A stretch of DNA of 64,000 nt from Felis catus (Eukaryota). The notes beneath the pieces were generated by a model. It was not told the origin of the DNA and made no database searches. It saw only the letters and a list, made by a program, of their open reading frames with translations. Every line of letters begins with the position of its first letter. The stretch's first letter is position 1. Made by a program: the position numbers and the translations under genes. The stretch spans positions 123,196,001 to 123,260,000 of the forward strand of contig NC_058368.1 of NCBI RefSeq assembly GCF_018350175.1, in the 5' to 3' direction. This document shows positions 62,655 through 64,000 of the stretch, piece after piece.

Positions 62655-62879
62655 TTTTTTTTTTTAATTTTTTTTTCAACGTTTATTTATTTTTGGGACA
62701 GAGAGAGACAGAACATGAACGGAGGAGGGGCAGAGAGAGAGGGAGACACAGAATCGGAAACAGGCTCCAGGCTCTGAGCCATCAGCCCAGAGCCCGACGC
62801 GGGGCTTGAACTCACAGACCGTGAGATCGTGACCTGGCTGAAGTCGGACGCTTAACCGACTGCGCCACCCAGGCGCCCC
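62655..62879 (-). mobile_element. Young SINEC_Fc in the proximal promoter region of the downstream gene
   Basis: TSD tttatgtgtt. Confidence 0.93.
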
Positions 62880-63111
62880 TTTATGTGTTCTTAAATATAG
62901 CCATGCTGTTGTATTTGCTAAGAGACCAGAGGATTATTATGCAAGAGAGCTTCTGGTAGGTGAGTTTCAGGGTATAACTATTTCCACTGGCTACAATTCA
63001 AGATAATAAGGAAGTTTGTGAAGTTAATACCCTAGCTTGGGTTAGCAACCAATCACCACTGAAAAGGTCGATTTTTAACGAAGGTGGGACCCTGCCTTAT
63101 GCATGTGTGTC

Positions 63112-63119
63112 TATATATA
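63112..63119 (+). promoter_or_regulatory. Candidate TATA box of the downstream Kazal inhibitor gene
   Basis: TATATATA ~95 nt upstream of the ATG at 63213. Confidence 0.5.
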
Positions 63120-63212
63120 CGTGTATGTATGTATTTGGCAGACTGCTTTCTCTCTCTTTCTCTGGACTTCCTGTCTCAGAGCAGCATATCTCTGCCACCC
63201 TCACTCATCATC

Positions 63213-63282
63213 ATGATGAAGAGCATCATCGCTTTTGCCATCATCACTCTGGCAGCCACCACGTGGGCTGCCTCTCCTCCTG
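63213..63282 (+). CDS. First coding exon (signal peptide MMKSIIAFAIITLAATTWA-ASPP) of a secreted Kazal inhibitor, probably the double-headed protease inhibitor of submandibular gland (bikazin); 3'-partial
   Basis: Hydrophobic signal peptide and phase-1 donor G|gtgagt typical of SPINK first exons; located in the SPINK cluster; ASPP+G.. fits the recalled felid bikazin N-terminus (SPPEV..C). Confidence 0.75.
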
Positions 63283-63479
63283 GTGAGTTGGGACTCCTTT
63301 TAGTATCCATACCCATGTGTTAGCTGCAATTTGTTCAACCTCCAGTAATTATAGGATGTTAAAGTCAGAGGAAAATTTAGAAGTTAACTATCTGGATTGT
63401 TCTGATTAACAAAGAGGGGGTGGGGGTCAGACCTTCCAGAAGAGGAAGAGAGACTGAGAAGAAGAATAAAAAGATTGCC

Positions 63480-63668
63480 ATGGGAATAAAAGGTACAGCA
63501 TAGGGAATATAGGCAATGGCACTCTAATAGGGTTGTAAGGTGACAGATGGTAGCTACATTTGTGGTGAGCCCAGCATAGTGTATAGACTTGTCAAATCAC
63601 TGTGTTGTACACCTGGAATTAATGTAACATTGCGTGTCAATCATACTTGACTTAAAAAAAAAAAAAAG
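63480..63668 (+). mobile_element. L1 3'-end fragment
   Basis: aaatcactgtgttgtacacctggaattaatgtaacattg plus poly(A); TSD-like aagaataaaa. Confidence 0.78.
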
Positions 63669-64000
63669 AATAAAAGGACTATGGGCAGCCTGCTCAGTTG
63701 CTGATCAAGATGTCAGGCTTCTGAATTGCCCTTTCAGAAACAATTTACACAACTTTGAGATGGTAACCAACCCCTACCCTTGACATGCTCACAGGAATTC
63801 CTAGATACCTATGACAGCCTTTTCTCCAATGGCCAGAAATTTCCCCCATGTTTATTTATTTATTTTTTAAGTCAGAATTGCATACATTTCTGGCTTCATC
63901 CTGAACTGGCCGTAAGTAAAGAAGTGACCTCTTAGGTCTGATGGGGGCAAGGGATGTTAGAAATGGGTTTTAGTTACTGTAGACAGTGAATTCAACCTTG

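Noticed and set aside
1356..62777. Recurrent ORFs such as [19 protein letters not shown] and [16 protein letters not shown]
   Set aside because: These are translations of Can-SINE copies, not genes.

Overview
Mammalian genomic DNA from a felid (many SINEC_Fc-type Can-SINEs). Most of the window is the + strand SPINK5 (LEKTI) gene from exon 5 to the last exon 33 (human numbering; exons 1-4 lie upstream). I traced all 29 exons by hand, all with AG/GT boundaries. They splice into an uninterrupted 2904-nt frame (967 aa plus stop) encoding Kazal-type domains D2-D15, built from alternating ~128-nt domain exons and charged linker exons. The poly(A) signal is at 54420. At 63213 the signal-peptide exon of a second secreted Kazal-type gene begins (MMKSIIAFAIITLAATTWAASPP), most likely the carnivore submandibular double-headed protease inhibitor (bikazin). 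Most notable: a dead copy of the human LEKTI-long exon in intron 28, a possible decayed extra Kazal exon in intron 32, a SINE inserted into the exon 28 donor, inverted SINEs bracketing the D13 module, and an ovomucoid-like P1-Leu reactive site in D2. Comparisons with human and other proteins come from recalled sequences and need database confirmation. The supplied ORFs are mostly intron or repeat noise or exon read-throughs.
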